Source: an uncultured virus (IMG/VR IMGVR_UViG_3300047480_000789) (Duplodnaviria; Heunggongvirae; Uroviricota; Caudoviricetes). Taken from it: a stretch of DNA of 64,000 nt. Below are positions 61,353 through 64,000 of this stretch, one piece after another; the first letter of the stretch is position 1; the number at the start of each line of letters is the position of its first letter. The position numbers were made by a program, and so were the translations under genes. The notes under the pieces were generated by a model that had not been told where the DNA came from, ran no database searches, and saw only the letters and a list, made by a program, of their open reading frames with translations. The DNA lies in IMG/VR virus record IMGVR_UViG_3300047480_000789; one strand, 5' to 3'.

Positions 61353-62333
61353 TTATAGATCACTCTCTTCTGTTACAACTTGTGTATCTGCGATGTCTGT
61401 AACATTAACACCTAATTGTCTACCAATATACTCACCGTTATCACGTTTGTACTCTTCAATAGAACGTTTTTCTTCAGTATCATCTTTACCGTGCATAAAC
61501 CCTTGTGGAGTTACCAAAATACGTCCATCCTCATATCCACCACCATTAATGTGATTTTTACTGATTGAGATTTTAGTTCGTGTTGCGATTCTGATTTTTC
61601 TCTTATCTTTAGTAATTGAAATTTTAGTAGTTCCCGCACCTTTTTGGTTTCCAAATAAGAATACTAATGATGAGTTTAACCATATGGCTTCACCACCCTT
61701 AGCTTTAATTTTTGGTTGACCAAAAGGATTATCAGGTAATTCCACCCAAGGTTGGTTAACAATAACCAAACTGTTCGTATATGTTTTATCCGTTCTTCTT
61801 GAACCTGAAATACGTTGATTAATACCCATTCCGATTTTGTCCGCCAAAACCGATGCATTATGTTGTTTACCACCTTTACCGTCGTAAGTCATTTTACAAG
61901 GAACCGAACCAACTGAATCCCAAAGGAATAATAAATCGTAAGGAATATCACCCTTTTCTTGAGCATCCATTAATTCATTGATATAATCTGTAATTTGTTC
62001 AATGTATTCAAAGTCACTATTAAAAAGGTATTCCCCATCTTTATCAAACCCCATTAACTCAGCGTGTTCCCAACTCCATTTTTGTTCAGTAATAATGAAC
62101 ACAGGGAGAATACCTTTCTTTTGTGCATCAACCGCCGTTTTTACTAACGCAGTGGTTTTACCCGTATCACTATGTCCCAATAACATATTGATGTGACCCA
62201 TAGCCGGTCCGGGAATTCCTGTTGCTTCATTAAACGCATCTCCTAAGTCGAAGAAACGATCGGCCTTATATTCGGCCTCTTTAGAGAATTTCTTCTTGAT
62301 TGCTGAGAAATCTGTTTTTTTAATACCTGCCAT
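61353..62333 (-). CDS. RecA/UvsX-like recombinase
   Basis: GHSDTGKTT, WDSVGS, IVNQ and KGGEAI. Confidence 0.85.
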   Translation of the reverse strand: MAGIKKTDFSAIKKKFSKEAEYKADRFFDLGDAFNEATGIPGPAMGHINMLLGHSDTGKTTALVKTAVDAQKKGILPVFIITEQKWSWEHAELMGFDKDGEYLFNSDFEYIEQITDYINELMDAQEKGDIPYDLLFLWDSVGSVPCKMTYDGKGGKQHNASVLADKIGMGINQRISGSRRTDKTYTNSLVIVNQPWVELPDNPFGQPKIKAKGGEAIWLNSSLVFLFGNQKGAGTTKISITKDKRKIRIATRTKISISKNHINGGGYEDGRILVTPQGFMHGKDDTEEKRSIEEYKRDNGEYIGRQLGVNVTDIADTQVVTEESDL

Positions 62334-62345
62334 TGTTTTGTTTTT

Positions 62346-62374
62346 AAAAATGGGGTGGGTATTTCACCACCCCG
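62346..62374 (-). terminator. Intrinsic terminator after SSB
   Basis: GGGGTGG/CCACCCC stem followed by T-run. Confidence 0.6.
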
Positions 62375-62403
62375 TGAATAATTAGAACGATAAGTTAACC
62401 ATC

Positions 62404-63246
62404 TTAAAATGGTAAGTCCTCGTCCGCTTCATCATCTAATTGTGGGTCAACCACAGGTGTTGATGATTTTGGTGCTGCGATTACCTCTTCAGCGGTTGAG
62501 TTTGAAACCCATTTGTTACTTGTAGTATCCCAACGTGGAACCTCACCTTTAGCGACCATCTCTAAGTAGTCTTCACCTTTCTTAGAATAAACATCAGACC
62601 ACGTTGTTTCGTCGTCTAACCACGTCTTAGCAACGTTTGCGTCTATATGTAATGCAGTTGGGTCATCATTCAAAACTGAATTGATTACTGTGTATTCTTT
62701 ACCTGTCCCTGCTTTAGTTAATGTCAATGATAAAATTAAATCACGACCGTTTTCTGGATTTGTAATATCACCTTTATTACGAAAGATTGGAAAGATTTTA
62801 TCGATAACACCATCACCTTTTGCGTTGTGTTTAAATCTCCAAAATTTAGGTCCGTCTTGTTCGTGATCTCGGTCAATAACTTTTACGATATAAAACTTAC
62901 GAGAACGATAGTTACGAGCCAATTCTTTATCAGAATCAACACCAGTCATCATTAATCCTTCGTAAACTTCATTTAATGGGGAACGTTTACCTTCTTGTGC
63001 TGGGTCATATAATTTTACCCATTTTCCGTCCACCTGTACTTCGTGAAATTTAACTTCTACGAATGGAGAACTACCATCTTTAGTAGGTAGGATACGGATA
63101 CGTCTTTCTTCACCCTTAGAACCCTTAGGTAATACGGTGGTAAAATAACGTTTCATACGGTCCTCTGAGGACATTTTGTTAGAGTTGCCACTTGTGGCGT
63201 TCTTGTTCTTCTCGTACTGTGCCAGTACGGCATCAAATGTTGACAT
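62404..63246 (-). CDS. Single-stranded DNA-binding protein (T4 gp32-like)
   Basis: RIRILP...SPF, FYIVKVIDR, DITNPENGRD and acidic tail ending DEDLPF. Confidence 0.8.
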   Translation of the reverse strand: MSTFDAVLAQYEKNKNATSGNSNKMSSEDRMKRYFTTVLPKGSKGEERRIRILPTKDGSSPFVEVKFHEVQVDGKWVKLYDPAQEGKRSPLNEVYEGLMMTGVDSDKELARNYRSRKFYIVKVIDRDHEQDGPKFWRFKHNAKGDGVIDKIFPIFRNKGDITNPENGRDLILSLTLTKAGTGKEYTVINSVLNDDPTALHIDANVAKTWLDDETTWSDVYSKKGEDYLEMVAKGEVPRWDTTSNKWVSNSTAEEVIAAPKSSTPVVDPQLDDEADEDLPF

Positions 63247-63290
63247 AATAAGAAATTTAAGTTATAAAATGTTTATAGTAAAATATAGAC

Positions 63291-63317
63291 AAAAAAAACC
63301 GGATTAGGAAATCCGGT
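63291..63317 (-). terminator. Intrinsic terminator
   Basis: ACCGGATT/AATCCGGT stem followed by T-run. Confidence 0.7.
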
Positions 63318-63357
63318 CTAATAATTTTTAAAACTATTTTTTAATCAATAATGTCGA

Positions 63358-63729
63358 TTATTCTTGTGTTAAAAGATACGATAATTTGTAAGTAACACCT
63401 AAAATTTCGTCTCTTAAATTTAATAAGTTTGTGTCGATTGGTTCAAATTCATCTGTAAATTGATTAAGAGCCTCCACAATCGTGTTAACCATACCTTTTA
63501 CACTTAATTCTGATAAGTTTTGTAATTGTAATGTTTTTGTGTCGTCTTCCAATACAAATCTACCATATTTACCCATCGCTTGTTCCACAAACTCATCAAT
63601 TAAGTCATTTAACTCGCCGTGAATCATACCAAACGCATTGTGTCTTGAGTAACCTTTGGTTTGCCAATGCATTATTTTAAATTGTACCTGTGTTTCTAAA
63701 AGAAACTTTACTTTAGAACCTATATTCAT
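63358..63729 (-). CDS. Dps/ferritin-like protein (DUF5856-like)
   Basis: HWQTKGYSRH...LIDEFVE four-helix motif. Confidence 0.7.
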   Translation of the reverse strand: MNIGSKVKFLLETQVQFKIMHWQTKGYSRHNAFGMIHGELNDLIDEFVEQAMGKYGRFVLEDDTKTLQLQNLSELSVKGMVNTIVEALNQFTDEFEPIDTNLLNLRDEILGVTYKLSYLLTQE

Positions 63730-64000
63730 TTTGTGTCTCCTCCTCAGGGTTAAAAGATTGTTTTATGGTATCGGTTGGATAATTTGTTACTTCGTCTTTA
63801 GTTAAAACGTATTCATTTTTACCACTAGCTCTCATTTCACCTTGTTTGTGGGCAAAAAACTCTTGTGGTTTTTCATTAAACGGATACGAATCTAAAGAAC
63901 GCATTTCTAATTTTTCAACTTCAGTCTTAGGTCTCATTTGTTCAACCTTAGAACCTAATTGGTCGATTTTAGACATAACAGCATCCATCTGAGCTAATTT
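63713..64000 (-). CDS. Hypothetical protein (partial; frame open to the window edge)
   Basis: No stop between 63988 and 64000. Confidence 0.65.
   Translation of the reverse strand, partial: KLAQMDAVMSKIDQLGSKVEQMRPKTEVEKLEMRSLDSYPFNEKPQEFFAHKQGEMRASGKNEYVLTKDEVTNYPTDTIKQSFNPEEETQNEYRF

Noticed and set aside
55041..63246. Introns or inteins in nrdA, nrdB, helicase or recA
   Set aside because: All are uninterrupted and of normal length, with no intein motifs seen.
1..64000. Stop-codon reassignment
   Set aside because: Conserved genes are full length in code 11, and TAG ends genes at expected positions (e.g. clpP, AAA ATPase).

Overview
A 64 kb AT-rich segment of a large, probably jumbo, myovirus-type tailed phage genome. 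It reads in the standard genetic code and all but two genes lie on the minus strand. The host is probably a Bacteroidetes: the phage carries a Bacteroidetes-type primary sigma factor and an Hc1-like protein, has TAnnTTTG-like promoters, and its genes lack Shine-Dalgarno sites. Layout: (1) 1-12.2 kb, large fibre-like proteins with Pro-Thr and Gly-X-X (GTS/GSS) repeats. (2) 12.3-27.6 kb, host-takeover and accessory genes (Grx, Trx, GIY-YIG endonuclease, AAA ATPase, NusG, DNA adenine methylase, Hc1, putative head proteins, degenerate amidase, sigma factor, envelope proteins, ClpP). (3) 27.6-34.9 kb, recombination and replication (SbcC/SbcD, PD-(D/E)XK exonuclease, primase, RuvC-like). (4) 34.9-54.9 kb, baseplate and tail genes (gp25, gp6, gpI-like). 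(5) 55-64 kb, nrdA/nrdB, helicase, 5'-3' exonuclease, RecA, gp32-like SSB, Dps-like. Most notable observations: a strong [S/T]-G-x-T motif enriched in virion proteins; a probable programmed -1 frameshift (A10 run) at 22.58 kb; a TATTTAT(A/T) putative late promoter, often only 4-9 nt from the ATG; a hairpin hiding the homing-endonuclease start codon; and two GC-rich structured non-coding elements (34.14-34.21 kb, and 54.95-55.03 kb with an orphan perfect SD sequence). All family assignments come from motif recognition by eye; no database searches were run.
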